Shown one piece after another: positions 56,329-57,425 of a DNA stretch of 57,425 nucleotides. The DNA is from a bacterium (GTDB lineage: Bacteria; Krumholzibacteriota; Krumholzibacteriia; G020349025): NCBI GenBank assembly GCA_031362565.1, contig JANLSU010000005.1, positions 1 through 57,425 on the forward strand, read 5' to 3'. A model generated the notes under the pieces. That model was not told the origin of the DNA. It searched no databases and saw only the letters and a list, made by a program, of their open reading frames with translations. Both the position numbers and the translations under genes were made by a program. The stretch's first letter is position 1; each line of letters begins with the position of its first letter.

Positions 56329-57174
56329 TTACTCGATCGGTTTGCGCGGCACGATAACGCGAACGGGTTCGCGCACGCTGCCGGGGCCGAAGTTTCGCAT
56401 CCGCTCGACCAGCCCTGCCGTCACTTCGAAGCCGCGCGCCACGAGCAAGGCGCCCGACTGCATCTTGACGTCCTGAGCGAGTACCATCCCGACGCGGAGC
56501 GCCACCAGCGGCAGTTCCCGCACATCTTCGGCAGTACTCGCGAAACCTCGCACCTTGCCGAGCGCCTCGAGAACCTGGGCGTCGTAACGGCCCTTACGGC
56601 CGCGCATGGCGTCGATCGCAAGTGAAGTGGTTGTCCCCTGCGCTTCGAGGGCATCGAAGTCGAGGACGGCCTTCAGGATCTGGGTGCCCAGTTCGACGAC
56701 CGTCGGCGCCGCAGCGCTTTCGGCGGGCCCGCGCGGTAGCGAATACTTCGCCAAGATCTCGCGCACGACCTCGAGCCGAGGAATATTGCTGAGAAGTTGC
56801 TCCGTTACGACCGGCACCCGCGCCACCATTTGCTGCTCCGGGGCCGAAAGGGCCTGGCCGTAGTACACCTTTTCAACGATCTCGGCCGGCAGCGTAATAC
56901 ACCCGAGTTGCGACAACATGGCGGCGACTTCCACCTGCCATCGTTCGCGCACGCCGAGTTCCGCCGCCACTTCCGAGACAATCTGTTTGACGCGCGTCGC
57001 ACGCCCGAACGAGATCGGGTTGGTCAGGGACAGAATCTCGGTGAGAGTCTTGATGCTCCCGTGGAGCGTCTCCTCGAGAAGTACGCGCTCGACCGTCAGG
57101 AGCCGGTGCTGCGCCGCGGCGGCGGCGACGGCGGCGACAAGTGCCGCCGGCGCACAAGGTTTGGTCAGAAACAT
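56329..57174 (-). pseudogene. 5'-truncated response regulator with degenerate HD-GYP-like output domain
   Basis: Homology starts at MFLTKPC, the last strand of a receiver domain. No upstream DD or D-phosphoacceptor segment. AAMLSQLG replaces the usual LHDIG. EQLLSNIPRLEVVREI and GRYDAQVLEAL are present. Confidence 0.65.
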
Positions 57175-57358
57175 CCGCCTGCCCGCGTCCGTCGTTGCGC
57201 CGGCCGCCATCGAGCCGCCGGCTGTCGAGCCGCTCACGACCCCGGCTTGAATCAGCAACGCAAGCCAACCGATCCAGCGGCGCTGAACGACAGGGACGCA
57301 CAGGAGCTGCGGGTCAGCGCGCTCCTGCGCGGCGATCGATGAAACCGGCGCCGAAGGA

Positions 57359-57424
57359 CTACCGACGCGAACGGCGTCCGATCATGAGACCCAGAACCGC
57401 AGCGACGCCGGCGGCCCACAAAAG
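57359..57424 (-). CDS. 3' end of a small membrane-tailed protein (DUF883/ElaB-like tail), partial
   Basis: LLWAAGVAAVLGLMIGRRSRR-stop runs off the window edge. A hairpin follows at about 57298-57331. Confidence 0.4.
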   Translation of the reverse strand, partial: LLWAAGVAAVLGLMIGRRSRR

Positions 57425-57425
57425 G

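Overview
GC-rich bacterial chromosomal window, about 28 genes plus tRNA-Ser(CGA). Several secreted proteins end in a FlgD-Ig/T9SS-CTD-like tail, which suggests (inference only) a high-GC FCB-group lineage such as Ca. Eisenbacteria, Krumholzibacteriota or Latescibacterota. From left to right: (1) a TPR protein, a GAF sigma-54 activator and a GT-C glycosyltransferase, converging on tRNA-Ser. (2) A modular beta-propeller phytase. (3) A tightly coupled minus-strand operon (about 28.9 to 8.6 kb). It encodes a double-FHA protein, an FAD reductase-FHA-FHA-[2Fe-2S] fusion, a tandem GlcG/HbpS lipoprotein, a beta-barrel, three multiheme c cytochromes (22 CxxCH plus 2 atypical motifs), a cNMP-cNMP-4x[4Fe-4S] protein, a 4-His membrane protein and a 1.6k-aa surface protein. 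Together these look like a regulated trans-envelope electron conduit. (4) Two Ser/Thr kinases transcribed divergently from that operon. (5) Two paralogous 'TPR/CsgG-like lipoprotein with inserted PG-binding domain + beta-barrel' cassettes, a third CsgG-like protein, a pseudo-BY-kinase-SPOR protein, and large exoproteins; three exoproteins in the window share a ~440-460-aa C-terminal module. This is a candidate surface display/secretion system. (6) A 5'-truncated response-regulator gene, apparently fused back-to-back with a histidine-kinase tail (deletion scar). No CRISPR array, integrase or transposase was recognised.
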